Below, in pieces: positions 27,100-39,817 of a stretch of 64,000 bases of DNA (positions are counted from its first letter, which is position 1; each line of letters opens with the position of its first letter). Origin of the DNA: Octopus sinensis (lineage: Eukaryota). The notes under the pieces are model-generated. The model did no database searches, was not told the origin of the DNA, and saw only the letters and a list, made by a program, of their open reading frames with translations. The DNA is taken from the NCBI RefSeq assembly GCF_006345805.1, contig NC_043010.1:44826001-44890000 (forward strand), in the 5' to 3' direction. Both the position numbers and the translations under genes were made by a program.

Positions 27100-28620
27100 G
27101 TCTATATTAAAATCTTCTTTTAATTAAATAGACTTATCATTGTGGGCATCTACCTAATATCTATATTCTTTGCAACGTATTTAATGTTCTCTTCATATTC
27201 CTTTAGTCGCTTCTCAGACATAGGGTCGACTATAATACAACCCAAATTCCTGGGCACCAACTCACAAAGACACGTGCTCACATACATTGTCTTGTCCCAA
27301 CAATGGATTTTATTCATAAGTTTGGTATTTGCTTCGTAAAAAAACGATGTACTTTTTTCTTTTCTTTCCTTACAAGGCAGGTGTTGGGAAATTTGGGTCT
27401 CCTATGTGTATGTGCTCATTTTTTCTATGTCGGTTGGGGCAAGGAGAGGATTGGTATTTTCAGGGGAAAGGTGGGGCAGAGTGGACTTGGGTGGAAGTCG
27501 GGTGGGCGTGGGATGGGGCTCATTACTCACAGGCATTGTCTTCCTCCTTCTTTTCTCCACCTTTTCCCATCCATCTTCTTTTTTATTTTCACCTATTTCT
27601 GCTTCCCCACTGGTTACTGCTGGAGGCGGAGGTGCGGCTTCCTTTCCGCTCACGGGGCTGGTTTGCATTTTTGTGGTGGCGGACAGTCTACCATAATGTG
27701 ACACTTTTGATCACATTTCTAGCAGCGAGAGAACTTGCCCTCCATTCTAACCCTCAGTATTGTGTCTTCAATCGTTATAGTCTCCTTCATTTTTTCTAGG
27801 TCTTCCGAGGCGTCCTGGATCAACGTATAGAGACTCTGCCACTGCCAATTCTTGTGAGCAGTAAGTGGCTTGGAGAGCCACTACCTTCTCCTCCAAGCCC
27901 AGCAAGATAGCGTCCACTAGCCAGTCTACGACTATTCTGAGGGTATGTCCTCTACCCTTACCCTGAAATCATGCCTTCCAAGGTATATGGGTAGAAGCAC
28001 TAACTATTCCGTTTTTAAAGGGGTTGCCGACTGTAGCCTAGCGATCGCTGCATCTCGGAACCGCACCTCCACAGTTCCAAACTTTCGGCTTCTCTTGAGG
28101 GAAACAATCTCTCTCCATATTGGCTTTAACGCCCTTTCAATTTGTGCAACCATCATTACCTCAATTTTCCCGTTCTTTATCGAAAATGCCTAGATAATTT
28201 TTTTTCTTTCTCGCCTTGCATTGCTTCTTGGAGAGAGGACACCTTCACATTGTGTCCGTCCCTTCTTAATATCTCCCTAAATTTGCCAATTTCTTCCAAA
28301 TTAATTTGTTTTTGGTGGCTTCTGGCCACATTTACGAACTCCATTTTTCTGTCAGTATTGTCCAGGGCTTTTATTAGTTCCTCCTCTGAAAAAGTGAACT
28401 CTGAGGAGCTTAAGTTTTCATAATTCATCATTTTTGTTTTCCCAAATAGCGCTGCCCCTTTCAAATAAGGAGAACAGCGGTAACAAAACTGCCGTAAGGC
28501 AGCAAAATCAAGTATCAAAAGATGCAACAATAAACACAATTATATAGCCTTTGGAACAACACACAAACATACACAATCAAGTCGAGATGATTGTAACAGC
28601 GGTGAAAAAAATCAATGTTA
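27100..28620 (-). mobile_element. Second, paralogous L1/Tx1-like ORF1 relic
   Basis: TVEVRF...LVLLPIYLGR...RVRVEDIP and GKFSRC*KCDQKCHIMVDC knuckle; leader motif gagatgattgtaaca shared with the first copy. Confidence 0.55.
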
Positions 28621-28744
28621 ATTTATTGATCCACTGGGCAAGTCTGTGTCTGTATTATCAAACAATTGCCAAAAAAAATGTTTTTAAAATTCAAAACTCT
28701 GCAAAAATCTGGTATGAATTCTTCATGAGTACTTTTTACTCAAC

Positions 28745-28808
<64 letters not shown>

Positions 28809-28814
<6 letters not shown>

Positions 28815-30012
28815 GTCCCGAAATTAAGGCAACTGAAGTATTGGACTTTAATAGCTATTAATAAATGTGATAAGATATGAAAATTATACATCATTTTTAA
28901 AGCTTAGTGTGTCTTCTTTTTGTTTCAGACTAAATAAATTCAAATTTATAAATTAGATAATGGCTACATACCGAAACACAATCATAACCCTCCACAAAAG
29001 AAGCGAAATTAATACAGCTACAACAAAAGAGAGCTTAAAATTACCCGATCAACAGTCTGGAAAATTGTCAATAATATTCAAGAGACTAGTTCTCGCGGAT
29101 CGACCTGGACGTGGCCGGAAAAGAAGTGTGCAGATCCCTCCGTTTATCAAAAGTACTAGAGAAAAGATACAGTGAAATCCTCGTCATTCCGTCTGCAAAA
29201 ATAAGCCGATCATCGATGTATAGAATGCTGAAGGATCTCTGGACGTACCCTTACAAGATGATCCACCGTCATGAGCTCACGCAAATTTATAAGGCCATGA
29301 GACTGGGGAGAAGACGTCTTATTCTGCGTCAGATTGCTAAAGGCACGCGGCCCAACCTAGTGATGAAAATAAATTTGACATTGAACAGACAGTAAGCCAC
29401 CAGAATGACCGACTTTGAGTGTATCTGCCTCCATCGATGCCAAAATCCACAATCAGTTATGGCTGGTCTCCCCTCGTTTTTGTGCACTCAGTTGTTGAAA
29501 TTAACAACCAGCGATACAATAACGACATTCTGGAAGCTGAACTCCTTTAATGGGTGAATGAGCACTTTCAGGGCGCACCTTGGAGTCTCCAATAGGAGCG
29601 GGCACCACCCCACAGTTCCAAACAGACACAACACTGAATTCACTAAAACACTCATAGGCAGGGATGTCTGGTCCCCAAGAAGCCTCGATCTCAACCCGTT
29701 GGATTTTTCTGTTTGGTCCATTTGGGAGGTGAGGGTCTCGAGCACACCTCATGCTTCGCTCTATGCTCTGAAGACAAAACTGCGCCAAGAATGGGCTTCG
29801 ATTCCGCAAGAACAACTGTATGCCTCGTATGAAGAATTCGCATCTAGACTTAAGGCTGTGATTCGAAACAGACGTGGTCATATCGAATAAATGTTGTAGT
29901 GCCATAATTGTGTTTCCTTTACCACTGCATTGCAACGCTCGGACCCGAAATATAGCAATATTTTGCTTTGGCAAAATTGAAAAAAGTTGGTTACTTTAAT
30001 TTTGGGACACCC
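28809..30012 (+). mobile_element. Tc1/mariner-superfamily element, defective
   Basis: gggtgtcc...aaatt TIRs; DRPGRGRKRS and WSPRSLDLNPLDFSVW...RLKAVI..RGHIE motifs; frameshifted. Confidence 0.8.
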
Positions 30013-30172
30013 ACTTTACATATACGCACGCGCGTATGTGTACATATATGTATGAATGTATGTATGTATGTATTCTATGTCCGTATGTGAGTATATATAT
30101 GTGTGTGTGTGTGTAAATATATTTGTATATATATGTAATTATATATGCATGTGTATATACTTTGATATGTAC

Positions 30173-30210
<38 letters not shown>

Positions 30211-30215
<5 letters not shown>

Positions 30216-30741
30216 TAGTTATCGCCATACTAATATGGCAGTCTTATAAATATAAGACTAAAGCTGTCGCTGATTAGCTCCAAGAGGCCACCGCCTCAAG
30301 CTAGCTATTTGACACACAACCTGCGTCCATTATAAACCTTCGAACAGGGGAAGTCAGCCGCTTCATCCTGCCAGTCAGACAGCTGCAGACATGTTTCAGG
30401 GTATTTGCCCTTTATCAATGCAGCGTACTCAGACCCAGCAGGTGTCGCTACTGACTGTCCCTGTTCGAAGAATCTATTTACCTAGTTTCAGTGGAATACA
30501 TCCACTTGTTTTCAATAATAGAAATATTAAAATTACTAAGTCTCCCTAAAGGAGATTACGGCAGCGTTACTGGAAATTAATAGTTATCGCCATACTTATA
30601 TGGCAGTCTTATAAATATAAGACTAAAGCTGTCGCTGATTAGCTCCAAGAGGCCACCGCCTCAAGCTAGCTATTTGACACACAACCTGCGTCCATTATAA
30701 ACCTTCGAACAGGGGAGGTCAGCCGCTTCATCCTGCCAGTC
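30211..30741 (-). mobile_element. Retrozyme-like tandem repeat (365-bp unit, ~1.45 units)
   Basis: Unit starts at 30211 and 30576; homolog at 48393-49066; contains an HHR. Confidence 0.75.
30382..30424 (-). ncRNA. Type I hammerhead ribozyme, U3-A8 core variant
   Basis: GCTGCA TTGATAA AGGG-CAAATA-CCCT GAAAC AT GT C TGCAGC: 6-bp stem I, 4-bp stem II, palindromic stem III, GUC. Confidence 0.75.
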
Positions 30742-31445
30742 TTATAAATATATATATTTGTACATTTAGGTATATATGTGTATATATGAAAATTCATGTA
30801 TATATATGTCTGTGTGCGTTTAATTATCTTTCTACCTGTCTGGCTGCCTGCATGTTTGTGTATGTATGTATGTATGTATGTATGTATGTATGTATGTATG
30901 TATGTATGTATGTTTGTATTTATGTATGTATATACTAGTTATGCACGCATCGCTTTGTTGACGTCAAAAATAAATACGATAAAATTTGAAACTGAAAGAA
31001 TTAGAAAGTTAATAACTTCGCCTTATTTTTAGAAAAACAAATTTTATACTTTGAATTGGGTAAATTATTTTAATCCAATAACGTTTTTCTAAGCAAAGCC
31101 GTGATAATATTTAGCTTTTGTTTAACTAAAACCCATTTATTTTGAAAGTATTTTAGTTTCTTTCTTCTGCTCCGTAAACAACGTTCCTAGTCAAGATTCT
31201 GTTTTCAATATTACATTATGTGTTTATTTCTAGTTGTGTGGTTGGATTCTCTTTGATCTTCAAATATTCTCGAGTTTGGTGGATTACCAACTCTCTTGGC
31301 TGCAACTTATAATCGTCCGTATGTGAACACAGGTGTTGGAAGACACTCCGTGACTCATTAAACTTTGTCATTGACTTCAATTTATCTGCATAACAAAAGC
31401 AAACCTCATACGAAATTACAATCTTTTTAGAGCGAATTGTAAATC

Positions 31446-31675
31446 TGTTTCTTTATTACCCACAAGGGGCTAAACATAGAGGGGACAAACAAGGACAGAC
31501 AAACGGATTAAGTCGATTACATCGACCCCAGTCCGTAACTGGTACTTAATTTATCGACCCAGAAAGGATGAAAGACAAAGTCGACCTCGGTAGAATTTGA
31601 ACTCAGAACGTAACGGCAGACGAAATACGGCTACGCATTTCGCCCGGCGTGCTAACGTTTCTGCCAGCTAGCTGC
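31446..31675 (-). mobile_element. SINE family A with ~23-bp TSD, inside the Helitron relic
   Basis: Flanks tttttagagcgaattgtaaatc / tttttagagcgaatggtaaatc. Confidence 0.85.
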
Positions 31676-32778
31676 CTTTTTAGAGCGAATGGTAAATCAA
31701 AGTCAGGTGTTTCAAGGGAAATCGAAGGAACTTAGTTCCTTCCCTATATCAACCGCTAATTTTGCGGACGATTGGCAAATTGTCAGTAGCATTGATGTCT
31801 GTGTATCGAGTGTGCCATTTTTGTAGTTATTTCTGTGGTTATTTCTGGGGTTTAAATTTCGAAGAAACATTATTTGAATAGCTATCTTGATTTTGATGTC
31901 AAGAAGTAGATTACTTATGTTTAGTGAATTAAAAAAATTCTGTGTGACAAAAGATAATTTGATTTTCTTCTGCCACTAATCCTACGCTTCTCAGTGGATC
32001 ATATTTCCAGAAAGTTTATTTACAATCTCATCATTTTGTTCATCAATCTCATCGCTTTTTGTTGTTAAAGTAGCACTTGAAGACATATAACTTTCATTTT
32101 CGCAGTGTTTTTCTAGATTAATATAAGCAAATTGAACCAAATTTTCTTTAGAATTCATTGTTAGGAAGGGCGGGATAATAATGACATCTGGGATAAAATA
32201 TTCAATATTTACAGTATTTTGAACCTTTCCTTAGCCCAGTTCCAGCAAAACAATTTGCATGGAGGTTTAACTGATTCAGTGCAGCAAAATCATTGTTCAA
32301 TCAACCGAAAACTTGCAACTTTGTCTGAATGTGCAAAACGTTACATTGATTCCAAATGAAAGACGTTTACGAGCATGCATCACTAAGAAAAAAATTGTCA
32401 AGCTTCAAGGACTACGGAAGAATTTACCGAAAAAAAAAATCCTCCCCTCAAGGGTTTCATAATCTCCTCCCGAGAAGATCTTTATTGTTCATTATTTCTT
32501 GTACCGGTCTATACCAACCATATTACAAATCTAATGGAAACCTTAAATACATAATTAAAAATTCAAATCATCTTAAAATTACTATTAATTATATCGTTAA
32601 AACGTCTCTCTTTATATATCGTCACTCTCTGCTAATGAAGAAATTTTCAACAGTAATGAAAAATAATACCACCATGCTCTAGCTGAAGCTGGATGTAGGG
32701 ATAAAATTTTCTTTATTCCTAAAAATGAAACTAAAGAACCCAGTAATAAAATAGATATCATGAATCCAATAAATATTG

Positions 32779-32904
32779 GTTTTAAATTTTGGCGCAGGGC
32801 CAGTAATTTCGGGGAGGGGCGTAAGTGGATTACAGGTTTCCCAGAGTTCAACTGATACTTTATCTACCCCGAAAGGATAAAAAAACAAAGTCGACCTTGG
32901 CTGG
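32779..32904 (-). mobile_element. 5'-truncated SINE family A with 19-bp TSD
   Basis: atgaatccaataaatattg at 32760-32778 and 32905-32923. Confidence 0.75.
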
Positions 32905-33586
32905 ATGAATCCAATAAATATTGATAATGTGGAAAATATACTGAATAGAAAAAAAACCCTATACAGCAATAAAAACAAAACAAAAAACTTTAGACCTCAT
33001 ACAATATGTCGCAGCTATATGAATAGTTACAGAAAGGGCAATGATAATATAACTTATAATAAACCCATTATAAATGTACTGATAGATATCAGAAAATATA
33101 CAGCGAAAATAACAATGATGAAGGTAATAACCGTAATGATTATTCCACCAAATGTAGCGCTAGATCTAGACATATATTATAGTATAATGCTGTTTTCGAG
33201 GTTCAACTAGATAGACATTTTCCCCCATCTAGCAAATACAGGAAGATATTTAATTGGCACACGGTTAAATTTGCTTCTTCGACTGCTAGAAACCTAACCC
33301 AAGTGATTGCGGTGCTTGATTTTAAGAAAATTTGAGAGTTCGCCAATATGGACCCAGTAGAAACTATTAACAGCTCAAATACAAATAATGGATAAAACGA
33401 CTAGTAATAATAAGAGTTATCCAGATGAAGTGGGGCATGATTTGAATTGTGCTAGAATGTAGTGAACGTTCCTATTGATAACAATAGTAGTGAAAATACT
33501 TATAAATGTATTGAAGCCCAAATAATAACTATGAAATATATGTATGTATATATATGTATGTGTGTGTGTGTGCGTGTGTGTGCGTG

Positions 33587-33622
<36 letters not shown>

Positions 33623-33822
33623 CATGTGTTCGTTATATTGAACAGTTAATGCCCACAAAAAAGCTTTTCTCTCACTGTTTTGTTTCACTCTCTCCATCTT
33701 TTTCCACTCTTAATTCTGTCTGTCGAAGACTGCAGGCTCGAAACGTAAAAAGCTTTTACATTCCTGCACCTATCATCGTCTTTTGTTTTCTGTAAATTTG
33801 AACAATATATATATATAATATA

Positions 33823-33875
<53 letters not shown>

Positions 33876-33914
33876 GTGTGTGTGTGGTGTGTATATATAA
33901 TTATGCACACACAC

Positions 33915-33970
<56 letters not shown>

Positions 33971-34103
33971 GCATATAAATTGCTAGCAAGGACCCTGTAT
34001 TTCATTTTGCAACCATAATATACAGCGACATGTAGAAACGGTTTACAAATCAATATTGTTTCTTAATCTTTTTTGTTAACCGTGCGATATATATATATAT
34101 ATA

Positions 34104-35359
34104 TAAGGTCATCACATAAATAATGCGGTCTTTTCAATTGCATGAATTAAAAGTCGAAAGTGGACGTGATAAACTATCTGCATCAACTTGCTATAAAAAC
34201 AAGTAGTAATTTTACCGTGTGCTTATTCTTAGTGCAAGTTTTGAAGATTGCAGTTCGACTTAAAGTTATCTTTTCAAAGCTATAATGGATGTGACAAAGT
34301 AGCATTTTCGCATATTCTCCTTTATGCGTTCAATAAACGCAAGAACGCAACGGAAAGTGCGAGGAATATTAATGCCATATATAGGGATCGGACAATAAGC
34401 GTGAGTGAGTATCAACGGTGCTTCTAGAAATTCCGAATCGGAAACTACAGCGTAGAAGACAAGTCTCGTTCTGGAAGATCTGTAGAGCTCTTCGACGTTC
34501 TACAAACCTTAGTGGAACAAAATCCCATCGTAACTGTTGAGGAACCAGCAGAGAAGCTTCGATTTAGTCATTCAACCATTCATCGACTTCTGCGTGCCAT
34601 CGGAAAAGTCTGCAAATTGCGTCAATGGGTTCCTCACAAACGTTCCGAGTCTAATCGTGCGCAAAGAGTGAATGAGTGCTCTTTTCTGCTGTCATGTCTC
34701 ACGTATAAACCTTTTCTGGACCGAAAAGTAACTGATGACGAGAAATGGGTTCCCTATAAAAATATCAAGCTCCGAAGAGAGTGAGTAGGGAAAGGAGAAA
34801 TACCGGTACCCGATGCTAAAGAATGTTTCACCTACGTAAGGTGTTGCTATCTGTTTGGTTGTATATGAAACGTTTAGTCCACTTTGAACTTTTAAACCCA
34901 GGCCAAACGTTAACGAGGGAGATCTACTGCGAGAAGCTTGAGCGGCTTAAGTCAGTGATAGAAGAAAAACAACCATCTTTGGTTTGAAAACGATAATGCT
35001 TGGCCACATACAGTGAGGATGACATTCGAAAGGCTGGAGGAGTTTGAATGGGAAACGATGCCTCACCTACCATATTCGCTGGACATTGCCCATCTGATTA
35101 TCATTTATTCCGCAGTCTTCAAAATAATTTGAACAGAAAATAATGAATTCTGTAGACGAGGTCATAACGGTACTGGAGGAGTATTTTTTGTCACGGACAA
35201 GTGAATTTCGGAAGAGGGGCCTTGCAAGTTTACCAGATAGATGGGAAAACATTGTAGAAAATGAAAGAGAGTATATTTTACATTAAAAAAGAACTGTGTC
35301 TTAATTTTGAAAAATAAAAGAAGTATAAAAAAAACTGTATTATTCATGGGATTACCTAA
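34104..35359 (+). mobile_element. mariner element, same family as 23187-24369, defective
   Basis: Matching TIRs; EQNPIVTVEE...QWVPH...VTDDEKWVPYKN; stops present. Confidence 0.85.
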
Positions 35360-35397
35360 TCTCACTCTCTCCCCCCCCCCCCTCTCTCTCTCTATAT

Positions 35398-35429
<32 letters not shown>

Positions 35430-35684
35430 AAGTTAATCCAAACAAGAAAACACAGAAAAAAAGAGAAAAAAACACAGCAACGCAGGACGTAGAACAATTA
35501 AAGTATTATTGACGCTCAGGAAAGAAGGGAAATACATACTGTGTGTGTGTGTGGGTGTATTGATATTATTTTTCTCTTTTACCTGTTTCAATCATGAGGT
35601 TACAGAGCGTAAGTTTTCGATTTATAACTACTTTTGAAGTGATTTGCCTAGCTGTATTTTACTATCCAAGATTATATTCTTTTC

Positions 35685-35892
35685 TACTCTAGACACAAGG
35701 TCCGAAATTTTGGGGGAGGAGGCCAGTCGATTAGATCGACCCAATACGTAAATGGTACTTAATTTATCGACCTCGAAAGGATGAAAGGCAAAGTCGACCT
35801 CGGCGGAATTTGAACTCAGAACGTAGCGACAGATGAAATATCGCTAAGCATTTCGCCCGGCGTGCAAACGTTTCTGCCAGCTAGTCGCCTTC
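35685..35892 (-). mobile_element. SINE family A variant
   Basis: Shared head and body; different tail (tactctagacacaagg...). Confidence 0.8.
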
Positions 35893-36524
35893 AATCCAAG
35901 ATTTTATTGTTTCATTGATTTTCAAACTTTCATAGTTTTAGTTGTGGTAAGGGACAGTTCATTATCGAGATTTCAAAAGACTTGAAAGATATGGAAATGA
36001 AATCGGGTGTTTCCTAATATTTTGCAACGAATAATTTCCCAAACAACAATATTTACGCACGATTTTAACAAAAGCTAAATGCCCTCATATAATAAAGCAA
36101 GTAAAGGTTTAACTACTCGTATATACCTAGAATCGAAAATAATTAGAAATTTCATGACAGTTCTCAGGTAATAAAATGCCACTTTAAATTCGTGGGCAGG
36201 TTTTGTTGACCCAGGATATGACATGGAGGACTAAGTTATTTTCTCAAGAGAAGGACAAATATCCTCACCTATATCTATGATTAGAAATAAGTTCCTAATT
36301 ATAGATTATTCAGTATTATTACTCACTAGATAATGGTGAGAATAATTATATTTTCGACTAATTGATACATACACACATGCATGCTTATATACATACAAAA
36401 ATGTATATATGCATACATACAAGTACATAAATACGCACATATATAATAAATACACACACATGCTTAAACACATACTCACACATACACATACTTATATACA
36501 TACACACACACGCACACACACACA

Positions 36525-36565
<41 letters not shown>

Positions 36566-36569
<4 letters not shown>

Positions 36570-37330
36570 CAATGTACCCCGGTGTTGCCCGGGTGTTAGG
36601 ACCTACAGCCACATTGTATTATTTGTTCCTTTCTAACGGGCAGAATCGGCACACGAGGAGTATCAAGAAAAAAAACAACTCTTCTTTATAAACATGTTTT
36701 TTGGTCATTTTCTGATGAACGATGCCGAAATTTTTGACACGAAAAACATGAAATCCTAACATTGTCCCCAAAATGACCTAAAAATTATGCTACCCAGTCT
36801 GTTGATTTACGCATGCATAGAATTGTACTGAAATAGCAGACATGACATTCGGAGTTTTTAGCCTTTTGAAAGTGGTGAGGTGGTGGGTGGAGGTTGGGGA
36901 AGGGGATTTGAGTGTCTTTTAAGAAAAATTTCTTTTAAAAATTCTTAAAGATTCGTAATCTCTGTATTTTACTACGTGGATTACTGAAAATTGCGGAAAA
37001 AAGTTAAAAACTACAAAATTGTGGTGGGGAGGGGGAAATAAAAGTTTTGAAAACGTGAATTTGGGGTAGAATCCTAATCTTCTATATCGAAAACTTAGGA
37101 ATCCAGAGAAATTTTGGAAAAAAAAGGTGATGTTGCAAATGTCACCTCCGACATGATAGAAACAACAGCTAAACGACACGATTTTTGAAAAAACTTCCTT
37201 TTAACTTTATATCGAAGATCAAATTTTTAAATACGCTCATTACAATCACGAATTATAAAATAAAAATAAAAGGTAATTTCAATTGAGGTTGAGCAGTAAT
37301 TTTACGCGTGCACAGAGCAAGAAATAGCAT
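36566..37330 (-). mobile_element. Non-autonomous Helitron-like element
   Basis: - strand 3' end ccgg-gcaaca-ccgg...CTAG|T; 5' boundary uncertain. Confidence 0.5.
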
Positions 37331-37361
37331 AATTCGTACTGAAGGGGAGAGAGAGAGAGAG

Positions 37362-37407
<46 letters not shown>

Positions 37408-37544
37408 TGTGTGTGTGTGTGCAAAAGAAGTTATTTTTACGTACCTTTATTAATTTCGAAATAAAAATACTTGAACAATTCTTCCAAAATTGTATTTCAG
37501 CCATGATTGTTAAGCCCCTAAGAACTGTGTGCGAGTATTTGTAG

Positions 37545-39212
37545 GGGCTCCGACAATTATTTCTCATGTGGCAGGACTCCATTTTTTCCAGATATTCGTT
37601 CATTGACTCAGCGAGTATTCCAGTAAATAACTTCCACATAAGCGGCAAACAGGATATCGGCCTGTAATTGTCTACCGTATTGCTTTTTTCGATGTTTTTC
37701 AGGCACAGCACTGTCTTACCCAATGCCCTTGGTCGGCATTTAACAAGGTGTTGAGTTGCGTAGCTATTCTTGCATGACATTCATCAAATATTTTGATCCA
37801 GTGGCCTTGAACTCCATCTGGTCCCGGGGCCTTCCAGTTGCTCATTTGTTTGCTAATTTCCTTCACTTTCCTAACTGAAATGACTAGTTCTGCCTGTTTT
37901 GGACAGACTACTGTTTGTTTCAGTTCTTGCAACTATTCAGCATCCTTCTTGTGCTCCTTGTCTTTGCTCCTGATGTCACTCCAAAACCTTTGCCTTTCAA
38001 TGTTATCTGGTATCAACTTTTCATCTGTACACTCTCCATTTATTTCTTTATAGAATCTCTTCTGATCTACTCTGAATAACCTATTCTGGTGGAAACCCTC
38101 CATTCTTTGATCGTATCTTACCATCTTTGCTTTCTTTGCAACGAGACGCTGTTTCAGTTTCTCCACTACTACTTTCAGGCCCCTTCTTTCAATATTATAT
38201 TTCGATTTCAGCGCCCTGTATTTTTGTTCGTTTTTAAGCTCTCCTTTCTCTTTCGGTCTAACACAGAGATTTCCTTCGAGAGAATGTCTAACCCTGCCTG
38301 GATTCTTCTTTTCCACCATGGATCTTTTCTTTTGTCATTCCCATTCTGTTTCTTTTTCTTGACATCAACACCCACGTTTTCTGCTACAACAATACTTGCT
38401 GCCTTGATCAAATTATTTGTTTGTGTGATGTTGTTTGTTCTGATGCATTTCAGAATTTCATTGATGTTTTTCGTTTTTTTTGTTCAATTTCCATCGATCA
38501 ACCCTTTTAAGGTTGCTAATAATGTCGCTATCGTTCTCCTGTAATCTTGCCTTTATTCTGTCGTAGATTGGCTTTTGTCCATCTGTCATGTCGCCATTAG
38601 TTTTATTGTATTCTTTTAGATCAGCTATATGTCTCTCATCAAGTAAACTATCACTGCTCCTTTCCTGTGCTATGTGATTACTCTTATTAGTAAGAACTGT
38701 ATTTTCATTGTTATCTCTGCTGCTATTTTCCATGACCCGTCTTTTGTTAGCTTCCAGCTCTACTTCTGTGAACCAACAATTTTTCCTTATTGCTCTAGCT
38801 TGATCGCATAGTCTCTGTTCCGTGAGATGAACCAATCCCTTTTCTCTCCAATGATCATACATACATTGTCGGTAATCCCTAATTTGAGCACCATTTTCAT
38901 CTACCGGGCTGCTCATGTAGTAACACTCCATGACCACAGCATTAATTTGCTTACTCCATCTACGCCTTGTGTGATGGTACATTTCTGGATATCGACAGGC
39001 TGAAGCCGGACAAGAATCTCTGAGCCTACCGGGTGTAACACTGTCACCATCAGTTTCATTACCACCGTTTTTCACAATATTTTGTTTTTTCATTGTCACT
39101 CATACGAGGTAGCGATTATCAAGTTGCGCAATTACCTGTGTTTTTATGGTGACACCATCACTAAATGCATCATTAATCAGCGCATGAGGAGGGGGAGGCT
39201 CCACTTGTTTAC

Positions 39213-39215
<3 letters not shown>
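37545..39215 (-). pseudogene. R4/Dong-type retrotransposon, 5' half
   Basis: RRRWS...VMECYY...LTEQRLCDQARAIRKN; PWWKRRI; KQRLVAK; NWKAPGPDGVQGHWIK; [14 protein letters not shown]; adjacent (TAA)n. Confidence 0.85.
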
Positions 39216-39258
<43 letters not shown>

Positions 39259-39639
39259 TTATTATTATTATTATTATTATCACTGATATCACTGATATTA
39301 TTGTTTTTATGTGTAGTAGCAGCAGTGGTTGCAGCACCAGCAAAAGTAGCTTGGGTGGGGGTAGTGGTAAGAGTTATAGTTGGACCTCAGATTCCTGTGC
39401 TATCATCATAGTAGTAGTTGTAGTGTTAATTTAGTGTTAGTAGTATTTAGTATTAGCAGCCGCAGCATATTATTATTACTTTTATTTTTATCATTATCAC
39501 CATCACCATCACCATCACCACCATCACCACCATTGTCTTAGAGAAAAGTTTGGTTAGCAGATCAAATGCTAAAGGTCTATAAATAGATTCGACAGATGGT
39601 GGGGAGGTCAGCCATAGAGACAAAGGACTCTTCGCATCC

Positions 39640-39773
39640 TTTAGGTCAGCAGAGGTCAAATGTGTTTACTATTACCAGTGGATACTGAGAGCGCCGCCTT
39701 GAAAAGAAGCAATTCAACCTGTTCTATTTTTAATTACAAAAAAAAAATGTGTGTCTATATATATATTATATAT

Positions 39774-39817
<44 letters not shown>

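Larger units (their letters stand above)
30935..33480 (-). pseudogene. Helitron PIF1-like helicase C-terminal relic
   Basis: Manual translation gives TEFFNSLN..., FAFVMQIN*SQ*QSL, PVFTYGRL*VAAKRVG; CTAG|T end at 30935. Upstream boundary uncertain. Confidence 0.65.

Noticed and set aside
30211-30741. CRISPR-like or satellite array
   Set aside because: No short repeat-spacer structure; only 1-2 long units, in a eukaryotic context.
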